Origin: Maricaulis sp.
GTDB lineage: Bacteria > Pseudomonadota > Alphaproteobacteria > Caulobacterales > Maricaulaceae
Length of the DNA: 64,000 nucleotides
Direction: 5' to 3'
Assembly (NCBI RefSeq): GCF_015665295.1
Contig: NZ_JADFAJ010000011.1
Location: forward strand, 21,652-85,651
The notes beneath the pieces are model-generated. The model was not told the origin of the DNA. It was given only the letters and a program-made list of their open reading frames with translations, and did no database searches. The position numbers were made by a program, and so were the translations under genes. Position 1 is the stretch's first letter; each line of letters starts with the position of its first letter. This document shows, in pieces, positions 38,132 through 48,753 of the stretch.

Positions 38132-39426
38132 CAGCGCTCATCCTCGGTCGCAGCAATCATCAGCGCCAGCGCCATCATCGGGAAGACCTTGAGAATGGGG
38201 CCCAGAGCATCGGCCCACAGGCCCGGCAGGGTCACGCTGAGCGTGGCAATATAGGCAAAGCTGCCAGCGATCATGATCGCCGAGAGCAGGCGTACCCGCC
38301 ACTTGGCCAGCATGCCAAGCCCCATGGCGATGTCGAACAGGGAACCGAACCACAGGACGGGCGGCCGGGCAGCTGCGGAAAATCCGCCGTCCGCGAGGAT
38401 GGAATAGGCGTGATCCCTGGCGATGGTCAGCGCCAGCACCCCGGTCATCAGCCAGTAAAGCCCGAGGACCCAGCGCGCCAGAGGCCGGGCAAGGCCGAGC
38501 CGGGCGTGCCAGCGGTCCTGCAGCCCGGCCGGGTGGGCGGCGAGCCAGTCATGGAAGCCGCGCGGGGTCGCCCCGGTCGTTGCGAGCCAGGCTGACGGAT
38601 CGCCCTCAACGTCGAAATCGAGCTGTTTGAGCGCATTCGAGCGCATCGAGGTGCGCACGCCCATCCAGCCCAGAAGGTCGCCGAACAGGAAGGCCGGGCG
38701 CGCCAGCCATCGTGGCACGGCCCAGATCCGGCTGTCGCCGAAGCCGAGCCAGCGCCGATAGCTGCGCACAGTGTCAGCAAGGCTGACCCGTTCCGGCCCG
38801 GCAAGGTCAAAACAGGTACGGGTCGGCGCGTCAGGCCTGAGGAGGTCCGCAATCGCGGCGCACAGATCGTCCATGCCGATCGGCCGGAAGACCTGCCCGC
38901 CGCCAGCCACCGGGGTGACGAAAGGCAGGCCGCACAGGCTGCGCACCAATGCCGTCCCGCCATAGACATTGCGGGCGATGACCAGCGAGGGCCGCAGGAT
39001 CAGCCAGTCGAGATTGCAGGCCTTCAGCGCCGCTTCGCCAGCCAGCTTGTCGCGCGCATAGCCGGACCGGGCGGCCGCGTCGACACCGACAGCAGAGATG
39101 TGCAGGACGCGCGGCACGCCGGCCAGCTCGCAGGCCGCAAACAGGGCGGCGGCGCCATCGACATGCGCCTTGCGGCTATTGTCACCGAGCCCGTCCTGCA
39201 ACACGCCGACGCAATTGATGACGGCATCGACATCGACCAGGCGGGGGATCCAGTCCTCCGTCGTGTCGCAACGAAAATCGCACGCCACCCAGTCCAGCCA
39301 AGGCGCCCTGCGACGCGCTTTCGTCACGCCGCGCGCGGCAGCGATGACGGCATGGCCTTCGGCGTGAAGACGGGCCGCAAGATGCGACCCGATAAACCCG
39401 CTGGCTCCGGCAATCAGAATGCGCAT
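38131..39426 (-). CDS. NAD(P)-binding epimerase/SDR domain fused to a DoxX-like membrane domain
   Basis: The start is MRILIAGASGFIGSHLAARL (Rossmann GxxGxxG). The C-terminal ~130 aa are hydrophobic (LGLYWLMTGVLALT...). Confidence 0.7.
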   Translation of the reverse strand: MRILIAGASGFIGSHLAARLHAEGHAVIAAARGVTKARRRAPWLDWVACDFRCDTTEDWIPRLVDVDAVINCVGVLQDGLGDNSRKAHVDGAAALFAACELAGVPRVLHISAVGVDAAARSGYARDKLAGEAALKACNLDWLILRPSLVIARNVYGGTALVRSLCGLPFVTPVAGGGQVFRPIGMDDLCAAIADLLRPDAPTRTCFDLAGPERVSLADTVRSYRRWLGFGDSRIWAVPRWLARPAFLFGDLLGWMGVRTSMRSNALKQLDFDVEGDPSAWLATTGATPRGFHDWLAAHPAGLQDRWHARLGLARPLARWVLGLYWLMTGVLALTIARDHAYSILADGGFSAAARPPVLWFGSLFDIAMGLGMLAKWRVRLLSAIMIAGSFAYIATLSVTLPGLWADALGPILKVFPMMALALMIAATEDER

Positions 39427-39496
39427 GTCCCCACCCCGCCTCAGCTGCACCGCCAGTCTAGACGGCGCAAGCGGGGAGGGAAGCCGGGGTGTCAGC

Positions 39497-41029
39497 CTAT
39501 TGGCGCTGATAATGGGAGATTGCGTTTTCCAGCGAGAAGCTCATGCCGGTGGTCCGGCCCCGCGCGTCCCGATGAAGATCGATCCGGGCGAGCCCGACTG
39601 TCTCCTCGATCGCCGGTATCAGGAAGCATGTCGGGCTGAGCGGAACCAGCTCGAAAAACTGCTCGGTGCCGGCTGCGCCGACCGACAGCGCTCCGTCCGT
39701 CGCGCGGATCTCCAGATCGTTCTGGAAGAAGCGCCCGACCATTTGCTGGCGCAAGGCCAGCGGGAAGCTCTGGTCGAGCGTGTAGGTACCGGCATAGTCG
39801 GCGAGCAGACCTTCAGGTAGGTCGAGGCCGGGATCGATGACCGGGGCGTTGATTGTCCAGTTCATCGTGTCGGAAACGGCATTGCGGATCTCGTTGATCA
39901 GGGCCCGGCCGCGCGCACCATTGGTGAGGATGACCAGCCCTTCCCCGCTTTGCGGATGCCCCTCGATCCAGGTCTGGTAGGAATTGTTGGCTCCGCCATG
40001 ATGGAAGAAGAAGTCCTGCGCCAGGCCGGTGACACGCGGCCCCAGACCATGTTCACCCGGCGCCACCCGGGTCAGCATCTCGATGGCGAGCGGTTGGGGC
40101 AGATAGCGCCCCTGGCCGTGATAGTCCGCCATCAGCATCGTCACCAGACGGCCCAGATCATGGGCACTGGTCCAAAGCCCCGATGCAGCGGCTTCCGGCA
40201 TCGCCTCGTATCCGCGCGGCAGGGCCGCCGGCGCGCCGAGCCGGTCATGGGCCCGGGCAATATTGCCATGGGCCTGCGGCAGCGGATTGGCAAAACTCGA
40301 CCGGTCAAGCCCGAGCGGGGCGAAGAGATGGGCGGCAGCGGCCTCCTGGAACGGGCGCTCGAGAACATCACTGACGAGCAGCTGAACCATTGTGTAACCA
40401 CCACCGGAATAGCGATAGCGCGTGGCCGGGGCATGCTCGCGCGCCAGCGGCGCATGCGTGGCCGGCGCCTTGCCGTCGAGCGTCTGGACGGTCGTTGGCA
40501 GCGCCTCGCCGGGCTGGAAGTCGGCAAAGCCGTGCAGGTTGAACCCGGCGGTGTGCGACAGGAGGGCCCGCAGCGTCACCGGCGCCTCCGGCGACATGTC
40601 GCGCTCGGCCGGCAGCTGCCAACGGGTCAATTGCGCGCGGACATCCCGGTCCAAGTCCAGCTCGCCCTGCGCCACAAGGTGCAGGATCAGGCTGGCGGTG
40701 GCGACCTTGCTCACCGAACCGGCGGAGAAAACTGTGTCGGCGGTCACCGGGTTACTGCCTCCAGCCTGCAGGACGCCATAACCGGTCGCCAGCACGATGT
40801 CGCCATCGGCAATGATAGCGATGGCGACACCGGGGACGCCGTAATGGGCCATGCGCGCCTCCAGCGACCAGGTTTCATCGGCGACACCGGTCACGACACG
40901 CGGCCGCAGCGCCTCGACGAAATCGGCCGGCTCGGTCTGGGCTGCGGCTGACGGACCGGGAAGGACGGCGAGGCTGAAAGCAAGCATGACAAAGGGGTTC
41001 GCCAGACCGGCGAAAGACGGGCGGATCAT
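39497..41029 (-). CDS. serine hydrolase (beta-lactamase fold) with C-terminal extension
   Basis: The 510-aa product has a signal peptide and an SxxK motif (SAGSVSKV). It lies downstream of the blaI/blaR1-like pair on the same strand. Confidence 0.75.
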   Translation of the reverse strand: MIRPSFAGLANPFVMLAFSLAVLPGPSAAAQTEPADFVEALRPRVVTGVADETWSLEARMAHYGVPGVAIAIIADGDIVLATGYGVLQAGGSNPVTADTVFSAGSVSKVATASLILHLVAQGELDLDRDVRAQLTRWQLPAERDMSPEAPVTLRALLSHTAGFNLHGFADFQPGEALPTTVQTLDGKAPATHAPLAREHAPATRYRYSGGGYTMVQLLVSDVLERPFQEAAAAHLFAPLGLDRSSFANPLPQAHGNIARAHDRLGAPAALPRGYEAMPEAAASGLWTSAHDLGRLVTMLMADYHGQGRYLPQPLAIEMLTRVAPGEHGLGPRVTGLAQDFFFHHGGANNSYQTWIEGHPQSGEGLVILTNGARGRALINEIRNAVSDTMNWTINAPVIDPGLDLPEGLLADYAGTYTLDQSFPLALRQQMVGRFFQNDLEIRATDGALSVGAAGTEQFFELVPLSPTCFLIPAIEETVGLARIDLHRDARGRTTGMSFSLENAISHYQRQ

Positions 41030-41098
41030 CCAACTCTCCTGTTTCGCTTTGGGGGTGGTGTGTGGATCGACCGGGTCGGGCCCGGCCGATCCGCCGGC

Positions 41099-42769
41099 TC
41101 AGCGCGTCGGCTCATTGTGCTGGGCGCCGCGGGCTTCGAGCCAGGCCGCGATCCGGCCATGACCGGTCCGACGGGCCTCGCTCAGCGGCGAGCGATAAAT
41201 TTCCTGGCCATTGCGGTCCGTGGCCCGCACCGTCAGGGAGAGATCGGCCCCGGCCGCGACCAGGCGCTCGATCACAGCAAGATGACCCTGCTGGGCAGCA
41301 TTCACCAGCGGGGTTTCGTCACCGAAGACATAGCCGTCCGGATCGGCCCCGGCGCCGAGCAGCAGATCAACCGTACCGACCCGGCCATGCAGCGCGGCCG
41401 CGATCAGCGGATTGCCGTCGCCGGACTGGCCCGCATCCACATTGGCGCCGGCAGCGAGCAGGCGCTGGACCAGATCATCACGGCCGCGGGCCGCCGCAGC
41501 GATCATCGGATTGCCGTCACCATCAACACCAAGATCGGGATTGGCGCCGGCATCGAGCAGGGTCTGGAGCGTCTCGGCATCGCCGGACCGGACCGCCGCG
41601 ATCAAGGCCGTTCCATCGCCGCGGTAGCGGACATCCGGATTGCCACCCTCGGCCAGCAGCGTGCTGACCTGTCCGGCGCGGCCGCGCCGGGCAGCCTGGT
41701 AGAGGCGAGCGTCGAGACTGTAGCTATCATCGAGATGACGCAGCGGAGACGGACGGGTGTCGCTGCCTTCCATGGCGCGGGCCTCGCCGAATTGCGGTGT
41801 CAGTACCAGCGCCGTTGCGGTGAGGACGGGAAGAATGAGCGCGAGACGCATCGGGGTATCCTTTCTGTTGCATTCATCGGCAGCGGTCAGCCGTCCGACA
41901 CGGTGGGCCAGGCTCGAGCGTGCCGGCGCAGCGGCCAGCGCGAGAGAGGCTTGACGGGTGTTCGAGGCAGCGGCCTCGATCAGGGCGAGGGCCAGATCGC
42001 GGGGCCGACCGGTGATCCGGGCAGCGTCCCGGTCGCACAGGGTTTCCCGGTTGCGTTCCAGATGATCCATCAGCGGCTGCAGCGGCAGAACCCACCAGAA
42101 AACGGCGTGCAATCCCCGCAGCGCCAGCACGGTCCATGCATCGCCGCGGCGGGCATGGGCGATCTCGTGCTCGAGCACCGGCAGGGCTGCCTGATTGAGC
42201 ATGAAGCCGTCAGGCAGAAGGATTTGCGGCCGCCGGTAGCCGGCCAGCATGGGCGCCGTCACGGCCTCGCTGGTGGCGAGCGGGAGTGGGGCTGACAGGC
42301 TCAAGGTCTCGGGACAGTCCAGCGGGCTTGCGGCGGAGCGCATGTGATGAAGGGCAAGAAAGTCGCGCGCCAGACGCACGGCCATGGCGACGAACCCGAT
42401 CAGCCAGAGCAGCAACAGCGCTCGGAAAACGGGCCTCCACATGTCGGACACCGGCCTGTCTGCCCGGTCTTCCGCAATCCCGGCCGCACCAGGCAGCCCG
42501 CCGGCTCGCGGCCCGGCCGCCTGCGCCAGGCTGGTGATCGACGTGTTGGCTCGCGTCAACTCGGGCGGGGCGAGCGGCGTTTCCGGTGCGGTGCGCAGGG
42601 CCAGAAGGCAGACCAGCGGAATGACGACCAGCGCGGCCAGGGCCAGGTCATGCCGTTCGCGCACAAGGGACGCCGGCAGCAGACGATCCAGTCCGGTCAC
42701 CAGGACCGCAAACATGGTTGCGGCGACCCCGCTAGCCAGGCCGGCGAGCAGCACGGTTTCGAGCGTCAT
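41099..42769 (-). CDS. M56-family (BlaR1/MecR1-like) membrane metalloprotease with C-terminal ankyrin repeats
   Basis: The 556-aa product has N-terminal TM helices, the HExxH motif in LEHEIAHARRGD, and then 4-5 ankyrin-like repeats (GDGTALIAAVRSGDAETLQTLLDAGANPD...). Confidence 0.75.
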   Translation of the reverse strand: MTLETVLLAGLASGVAATMFAVLVTGLDRLLPASLVRERHDLALAALVVIPLVCLLALRTAPETPLAPPELTRANTSITSLAQAAGPRAGGLPGAAGIAEDRADRPVSDMWRPVFRALLLLWLIGFVAMAVRLARDFLALHHMRSAASPLDCPETLSLSAPLPLATSEAVTAPMLAGYRRPQILLPDGFMLNQAALPVLEHEIAHARRGDAWTVLALRGLHAVFWWVLPLQPLMDHLERNRETLCDRDAARITGRPRDLALALIEAAASNTRQASLALAAAPARSSLAHRVGRLTAADECNRKDTPMRLALILPVLTATALVLTPQFGEARAMEGSDTRPSPLRHLDDSYSLDARLYQAARRGRAGQVSTLLAEGGNPDVRYRGDGTALIAAVRSGDAETLQTLLDAGANPDLGVDGDGNPMIAAAARGRDDLVQRLLAAGANVDAGQSGDGNPLIAAALHGRVGTVDLLLGAGADPDGYVFGDETPLVNAAQQGHLAVIERLVAAGADLSLTVRATDRNGQEIYRSPLSEARRTGHGRIAAWLEARGAQHNEPTR

Positions 42770-43191
42770 GATTGCCCCTCCCCGTCCTCATCATCAGTGA
42801 CCGGCCGGTCACGGACCTCCCCCTGCAACACGGCGGCGCGCAGGGCGTCGATATCATCGAGAGTCAGCTTTTCCTCGCGCACGAGATGCTGGGCGAGGCT
42901 TTGCGCCGAGCCGCCAAACAGGGACCGGACCAGTGAGCCGAGGGCCTGGGCTCGTGCACCATCGCGGCTGAGAAGGGCGGAATAGATATGGGCGCGCCCG
43001 GACTTTCGAAACCCGACATAACCCTTGTCGGTCATGATCCGGATCGTGGTCAGGACGGTGGTGTAGGCGAGTCCGTGTTCGGCGCTGAGGGCATCGGTCA
43101 CCTCCCGGACACTGGCTTCGCCGCGCTCCCAAAGAACGGTGATGATGCGCTGCTCGGCATCAGTGAGTTGAGGGGATGCCGGACGGGCCAT
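42766..43191 (-). CDS. BlaI/MecI/CopY-family transcriptional repressor
   Basis: The 141-aa product contains LTDAEQRIITVLWERGEASVREVTDAL...YTTVLTTIRIMTDKGYV. It has a 4-nt overlap with the M56 gene. Confidence 0.85.
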   Translation of the reverse strand: MARPASPQLTDAEQRIITVLWERGEASVREVTDALSAEHGLAYTTVLTTIRIMTDKGYVGFRKSGRAHIYSALLSRDGARAQALGSLVRSLFGGSAQSLAQHLVREEKLTLDDIDALRAAVLQGEVRDRPVTDDEDGEGQS

Positions 43192-43202
43192 CTACGAATT
43201 CC

Positions 43203-43266
43203 TTAGTTGATGGTGACAAGGTGCCTGCGCCACCCGGACATCATCAACTAAAAAATTAGTAATTGA
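43203..43266. promoter_or_regulatory. candidate operator/promoter of the blaI-like operon
   Basis: This AT-rich patch lies directly upstream of blaI. It has three copies of the half-site TTAGTTGA/TCAACTAA: TTAGTTGATG at 43203-43212, CATCAACTAA at 43242-43251 and TTAGTAATTGA at 43256-43266. Confidence 0.45.
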
Positions 43267-43329
43267 GCATGGAAGGGCCGGGATCTCATTCCCGATCGCC
43301 TTGCCGAGCAGGCCTGGACGCCCGCCTTC

Positions 43330-44049
43330 CTAGTCGTCCGTTGCCACGATCGTGGCACGCATCATCTCCAGATTGCTCTGAATGTTTGCCGTGATACGCG
43401 CCTCGATGGCCGGCCAGCGATTTTCCACCATCAACCACTCGTCACCGCTCAATGTCTGTTCATTGACGGCGGCGAAATAGGCATTCGACCCGAAGGAACA
43501 CGCCCACCAGGGCGAGTTGCCGCCGCTGAATGCACTGCCGGATTCAAGGATGGTTTCGATGGCCGCGACGGTCAGTTCGGGACGCTCGGCCATCACCGAG
43601 ATGATCGCTTCACCGGCATAGGCCGACGCTTCATTGATGATCTCGATCGCGGATGAGTCGAGGCAGCGCGCCGCATCATACATGGTGCGAACGCGGCCAA
43701 GAAAATAGGCCTGGATGGCAAAGGCCGGATCGGAATCGACCGTCATCCGGGCCAGCTCGAACATGAAGAGTGGCGGAGAATCGTGCCGTGCCAGCCACAG
43801 GCGCTGCGCCAGCTCATCAGGCGGAATCTCGGTCTGGGTCTGGAGCTGGCTGAGCGTGCCCAGCGCGTCGCCCCAGGCCATGTCGCCGACCACGAAATGC
43901 GCTTCACCGCCCTCGATCGGGATCACCACGATCCCGGGCGACCGGGCGTTGGCGTCGCCGGTCGCATCCTGGGCCAGCACCGCCCCCGCCGCCGAAGCGG
44001 CAAGCAGGCCGGCGCCGATCAGGCCGGTCAGGCTAGAACGGAATTTCAT
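43330..44049 (-). CDS. hypothetical secreted protein
   Basis: I propose the start [27 protein letters not shown] (signal peptide). The longer track ORF would run deep into ssb. No family was recognised. Confidence 0.5.
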   Translation of the reverse strand: MKFRSSLTGLIGAGLLAASAAGAVLAQDATGDANARSPGIVVIPIEGGEAHFVVGDMAWGDALGTLSQLQTQTEIPPDELAQRLWLARHDSPPLFMFELARMTVDSDPAFAIQAYFLGRVRTMYDAARCLDSSAIEIINEASAYAGEAIISVMAERPELTVAAIETILESGSAFSGGNSPWWACSFGSNAYFAAVNEQTLSGDEWLMVENRWPAIEARITANIQSNLEMMRATIVATDD

Positions 44050-44518
44050 CATCGAGATCAGCATTGCGGAAATCTTCCTTCGGACCGTCCATCGAGCGCT
44101 GGCCGCCACCGGAGCCGCCGCCCATTTCCTCGTAGCCGCCGCCACCGCCGCCGGAACCACCCTCATTGCGACCGTCGAGCATGGTCAACTCGCCACGGAA
44201 ACGCTGCAGCACGACCTCGGTGGAGTATTTCTCCTGGCCATTCTGGTCGGTCCATTTGCGGGTCTGAAGCTGGCCCTCGACATAAACCTTGGAGCCCTTC
44301 TTGAGATAATTCTCGGCGACCTTGGCGAGATTGTCGTTGAAGATCACGACACGGTGCCATTCGGTCTTCTCGCGGCGTTCGCCGGAGGACTTGTCGCGCC
44401 AGCTTTCCGAGGTCGCGACCGAAAGATTGACGACCGGATCGCCATTGTTCATGCGGCGGATCTCCGGATCACGTCCCAGATTGCCGACCAGAATTACCTT
44501 GTTCACGCTTCCCGCCAT
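44033..44518 (-). CDS. ssb: single-stranded DNA-binding protein
   Basis: The start is [22 protein letters not shown]. The product has a Gly-rich tail and a C-terminal DLDDEIPF. Confidence 0.95.
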   Translation of the reverse strand: MAGSVNKVILVGNLGRDPEIRRMNNGDPVVNLSVATSESWRDKSSGERREKTEWHRVVIFNDNLAKVAENYLKKGSKVYVEGQLQTRKWTDQNGQEKYSTEVVLQRFRGELTMLDGRNEGGSGGGGGGYEEMGGGSGGGQRSMDGPKEDFRNADLDDEIPF

Positions 44519-44569
44519 CGCCCGTTCTCCATCCTTGCTGCCCGGTCCTGTTATCAGGGGCAACCCAGT

Positions 44570-44584
44570 GTTCACATTCTGTTC
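44570..44584. promoter_or_regulatory. alphaproteobacterial-type SOS (LexA) box in the ssb-uvrA divergent spacer
   Basis: GTTCACATTCTGTTC is a GTTC-N7-GTTC box. It lies 52 nt upstream of the ssb start. Confidence 0.7.
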
Positions 44585-44861
44585 CGCAGGTCAATTCACG
44601 CCTGCGAGTCACGGTGATTTGAGAGGAGGCTGGCGACAGAGTCCAGTCGAGCGCAACAGGGCAATCACACCTCGCCGCAAGCACGCCTCCTGCCACCGTC
44701 ATGTCAGTTGTCCCGTGTCCGGCGCTGGACCCGGCGGGATCGGCGTCCTATCTCCTGACATCGACCTCGTGCGCTGGACAGACCACACGACGTTCCCCTA
44801 ACGTTCCGCACCGGTTGCGATTCTCAGCCGACAGGCGTGACCAATAAAGACAGGCAGACGC

Positions 44862-47735
44862 ATGGCGCTCGACAAAATCCGCGTGCAGGGCGCACGCGAA
44901 CACAATCTGAAGAATGTTTCGGTCGAGCTGCCGCGCGACAAGCTGATCGTGTTCACCGGCCTGTCCGGATCGGGCAAGTCCTCCCTTGCCTTCGACACGA
45001 TCTATGCCGAGGGCCAGCGCCGCTATGTCGAGAGCCTGTCGGCCTATGCCCGGCAATTCCTTGAGCTGATGTCCAAGCCGGACATGGACAGTATCGAAGG
45101 CCTCTCCCCGGCGATCTCGATCGAGCAGAAGACGACCTCGAAGAACCCGCGTTCGACCGTCGGCACGGTCACCGAGATCTATGATTATATGCGTCTCCTC
45201 TGGGCCCGCGTCGGCGTGCCCTACTCGCCCGCGACCGGCCTGCCGATCGAGAGCCAGACCGTCAGCCAGATGGTCGACCGGCTGACCGCGCTGGAGGATG
45301 GCTCCCGCCTTTATTTGCTGGCCCCCGTCGTGCGGGGCCGCAAGGGCGAATACCGCAAGGAATTCGCGGAATGGCTGAAGGCCGGCTTCCAGCGGGTCAA
45401 GGTCAACGGCGAGTTCTACACGCTGGAAGACACGCCGACGCTCGACAAGAAATTCAAGCACGATATCGACGTGGTAGTGGACCGGATCGTCATCAAGCCG
45501 GACATGGAAAGCCGCCTCGCCGACAGTCTGGAAACCGCGCTGCGCCTGGCCGACGGGCTCGCGGTCGCCGAGTTCGCCGACCGCCAGGACGAGAAGGGCC
45601 AGGCCGAACGGATGATCTTCTCGGAGAAATTCGCCTGCCCGGTTTCCGGCTTCACCATTTCCGAGATCGAGCCGCGCCTGTTCTCGTTCAACAATCCCTT
45701 CGGCGCCTGTCCGAGCTGTGACGGTCTGGGCCAGTCGCTCAAGTTTGACGAGGACCTCGTCGTGCCCGATCGCGACAAGCCGCTCTCCGATGGTGCCATC
45801 GCGCCGTGGAGCCGGGCGACCTCGAAACTCTACCAGCAGACCCTGCAGGCCCTGGCCGGACATTTCGGCGGCGACATGTTCCAGGCCTGGCGCGACCTGC
45901 CCGAACCCTTCCGCAAGATTGTCCTCTTTGGCACCAAGGAGAAGGTCACCTTCGTCTATGAGGACGGGCTGCGGAAATTCGAGACCCAGAAACCCTTTGA
46001 AGGCGTCATCCCCAATCTCGAACGGCGCTGGCGCGAGACCGACAGCAGCTGGGTGCGCGAGGACCTGGCCCGTTTCCAGTCTTCCCAGCCCTGCGAGACC
46101 TGCGGCGGCCGGCGCCTGAAGCCGGAAGCGCTGAGCGTCAAGATCGACGGCCAGGACATTGCCGACGCCTCGAAACTTTCCATCCGCAATGCCCGGGACT
46201 GGTTTGGCGCCGTGGAAGCGACGCTGAGCCCGAAGCAAAAACAGATCGCCGAGCGCATCCTCAAGGAAATCCGCGAGCGCCTGCGTTTCCTAGTCGATGT
46301 CGGGCTGGACTATCTCACGCTTGACCGCGCCTCGGGCACACTGTCGGGCGGCGAGAGCCAGCGTATCCGCCTGGCCAGCCAGATCGGCTCCGGCCTGACC
46401 GGCGTGCTCTATGTCCTCGACGAACCCTCGATCGGCCTGCACCAGCGCGACAATACCCGCCTGCTGGAAAGCCTGCGCGGGCTGCGCGATCTCGGCAATA
46501 CGGTGATCATTGTCGAGCATGACGAGGAAGCCATCCTGACCGCGGATTATGTCGTCGACCTCGGCCCCGCCGCCGGCATTCATGGCGGTGAGATCGTCGC
46601 CGCCGGCACACCGGAGGAAGTCACCCACAACCCGAACAGCCTGACCGGCCAGTATCTGCTGGGCACGCGGCGCATCGAAGTGCCGACCCGGCGCCGCAAG
46701 ATCGACAAGAAACGCACGGTGAAAGTCGTCGGCGCGACCGGAAACAATCTCAAAGCGGTGGATGCGGAATTTCCGCTCGGCGTCCTGTCCTGCGTCACCG
46801 GCGTGTCGGGCGGCGGCAAGTCGACCCTGACCATCGAGACCTTCTACAAGGCCGCCGCGCGCAAGCTGCAAAAGGCCCAGCAGGTCCCCGCTCCGCACGA
46901 CCGCATTGAAGGGCTGGACCGGCTCGACAAGGTCATCGATATCGACCAGTCACCGATCGGCCGCACACCGCGCTCCAATCCGGCCACCTATACCGGCGCC
47001 TTCACCCCGATCCGCGAATGGTTCGCCCAGCTGCCGGAAGCCAAGACCCGCGGCTACAAGCCGGGCCGCTTCTCCTTCAATGTGAAGGGCGGTCGCTGCG
47101 AAGCCTGCCAGGGCGATGGTGTGGTGAAGATCGAGATGCACTTCCTGCCCGACGTCTTCGTGCCCTGCGATGTCTGCCACGGCAAACGCTTCAATCGCGA
47201 GACGCTGGAGGTCCAGTTCAAGGGCAAGTCGATCGCCGATGTGCTCGACATGACGGTCGAGGAAGGCGCCGACTTCTTCAAGGCCGTGCCGGCCGTGCGC
47301 GACAAGATGGAAACCCTCAAGCGTGTCGGCCTGGGATATGTGAAGATCGGCCAGCCGGCGACCCAGCTCTCCGGTGGTGAAGCCCAGCGTGTGAAACTCT
47401 CCAAGGAGCTGTCCAAGCGCGCCACAGGCAAGACGCTCTACATTCTCGACGAGCCGACCACCGGCCTGCATTTCGAGGATGTCCGCAAACTGCTGGAAGT
47501 GCTGCACGAGCTGGTCGAGGCCGGCAATACGGTCGTGGTCATCGAGCACAATCTCGACGTCATCAAGACCGCCGACTGGCTGATCGATCTCGGCCCCGAA
47601 GGCGGTGATGGCGGCGGCGAGATCGTCGCGGTCGGCACGCCGGAAGACGTCGCCAAGGTCGAGCGCAGCTGGACCGGTCGCTATCTGGCCCCGATGCTGG
47701 AACGGGCGAAGGAATTGCGGAAGAAGGCGGGTTAG
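44862..47735 (+). CDS. uvrA: excinuclease ABC subunit A
   Basis: The 957-aa product contains [50 protein letters not shown] and two ABC modules. Confidence 0.97.
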   Translation: MALDKIRVQGAREHNLKNVSVELPRDKLIVFTGLSGSGKSSLAFDTIYAEGQRRYVESLSAYARQFLELMSKPDMDSIEGLSPAISIEQKTTSKNPRSTVGTVTEIYDYMRLLWARVGVPYSPATGLPIESQTVSQMVDRLTALEDGSRLYLLAPVVRGRKGEYRKEFAEWLKAGFQRVKVNGEFYTLEDTPTLDKKFKHDIDVVVDRIVIKPDMESRLADSLETALRLADGLAVAEFADRQDEKGQAERMIFSEKFACPVSGFTISEIEPRLFSFNNPFGACPSCDGLGQSLKFDEDLVVPDRDKPLSDGAIAPWSRATSKLYQQTLQALAGHFGGDMFQAWRDLPEPFRKIVLFGTKEKVTFVYEDGLRKFETQKPFEGVIPNLERRWRETDSSWVREDLARFQSSQPCETCGGRRLKPEALSVKIDGQDIADASKLSIRNARDWFGAVEATLSPKQKQIAERILKEIRERLRFLVDVGLDYLTLDRASGTLSGGESQRIRLASQIGSGLTGVLYVLDEPSIGLHQRDNTRLLESLRGLRDLGNTVIIVEHDEEAILTADYVVDLGPAAGIHGGEIVAAGTPEEVTHNPNSLTGQYLLGTRRIEVPTRRRKIDKKRTVKVVGATGNNLKAVDAEFPLGVLSCVTGVSGGGKSTLTIETFYKAAARKLQKAQQVPAPHDRIEGLDRLDKVIDIDQSPIGRTPRSNPATYTGAFTPIREWFAQLPEAKTRGYKPGRFSFNVKGGRCEACQGDGVVKIEMHFLPDVFVPCDVCHGKRFNRETLEVQFKGKSIADVLDMTVEEGADFFKAVPAVRDKMETLKRVGLGYVKIGQPATQLSGGEAQRVKLSKELSKRATGKTLYILDEPTTGLHFEDVRKLLEVLHELVEAGNTVVVIEHNLDVIKTADWLIDLGPEGGDGGGEIVAVGTPEDVAKVERSWTGRYLAPMLERAKELRKKAG

Positions 47736-48673
47736 TCGGCGGCTTCTGCCGGGGCCGGCGCCGCCTCAACCCCGTAATCCGCCGCCTTGCCCTTGAACGC
47801 CCAGTAGAGCGTGCCGGCGAGCAGGACGACGGTTGTCACGGCGCTGGCTTCCGGTCCGAACACACCGCCGGTGAGCCACCAGGCGGCGTCGGGCCTGTCG
47901 GCGAGATCGATCAGGATCGGGCTGACCGGGCTGTCATGGCCGCTGACCGGCAGGCCAAAGCCCGACGCCAGCAGCCAGTTCCACGCCGCATGCCAGCCGC
48001 ACACGCCCCACAGCGAGCCTTCCTTGATGGCGTAGAAGGACAGCATCACCCCGACCAGCAGGATATTGGCGAGGCCGAAAGCCAGCTCGGCCGACATCGC
48101 GATATTGGCGCCGTGCAGGAGCGAGAAGATCGCCGAATTGATCACCACGCCCCAGACAATCCCGTGCCGGGAGGTGATCAGCCCCATCAGCCAGCCGCGC
48201 ATGAAGATCTCTTCGGTCGAGCCCTGCACGATGAAGCCGAGCAGGACCCAGGCGGCGGGTATGAGAATCGCCAGGGCGAGTGATCCGCTGGCCTCGACCT
48301 GATACCCGCCCAGCAGCCAGATACCGCCGACCACGACCGCGAGGAAGGCGAGGCCAAGTCCGTAGCCGCGCACAAACCGCCCGAGGAAATTCGCATTCAG
48401 GCCAAGGGCGGCAAGCGGGCGCCGCTCGAAAAAGATGACCCAGAGGAAGACCAGCACGGCTCCCGGCGCAAACGTGCCGATGAGCGTATAGGTCATGCCC
48501 TGCCAGGTCTCGTCCGACGTGCCATCGGCCGAGATATAGCCGAGGAGGACACCGGCTATCGCACCGATGACCGCGCCGAGGATGATCAGGGCAATGGCCA
48601 TGGGAATGGCCGCCGCCGTCCAGGTCCGCCGGGCCCGCAGCCCGCGCTTGGCATAAATTTCCTGTCCGGCCAT
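47732..48673 (-). CDS. CPBP-family (CAAX/Abi) intramembrane metalloprotease
   Basis: The start is MAGQEIYAK. The product is multi-TM and contains [11 protein letters not shown] and FSLLHGANI motifs. Confidence 0.8.
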   Translation of the reverse strand: MAGQEIYAKRGLRARRTWTAAAIPMAIALIILGAVIGAIAGVLLGYISADGTSDETWQGMTYTLIGTFAPGAVLVFLWVIFFERRPLAALGLNANFLGRFVRGYGLGLAFLAVVVGGIWLLGGYQVEASGSLALAILIPAAWVLLGFIVQGSTEEIFMRGWLMGLITSRHGIVWGVVINSAIFSLLHGANIAMSAELAFGLANILLVGVMLSFYAIKEGSLWGVCGWHAAWNWLLASGFGLPVSGHDSPVSPILIDLADRPDAAWWLTGGVFGPEASAVTTVVLLAGTLYWAFKGKAADYGVEAAPAPAEAAD

Positions 48674-48753
48674 GTTCGATGCCCCGTTCCGCCGCCCAAA
48701 TCTGCGCTGTCGCACGAGACTAGGCGGCGGCGGGAGATGTGGGCAAGTCCGGC

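Noticed and set aside
37145-38254. A 369-aa + strand ORF spanning the Kelch gene 3' end and the DUF2269 region.
   Set aside because: It is out of frame with the Kelch gene and antisense to the DUF2269 and SDR genes. Its composition is Pro/Arg/Ala-rich.
44748-46238. A 496-aa minus-strand ORF, plus 46290..46898 and 46950..47549.
   Set aside because: All three are antisense to uvrA and have no motifs.
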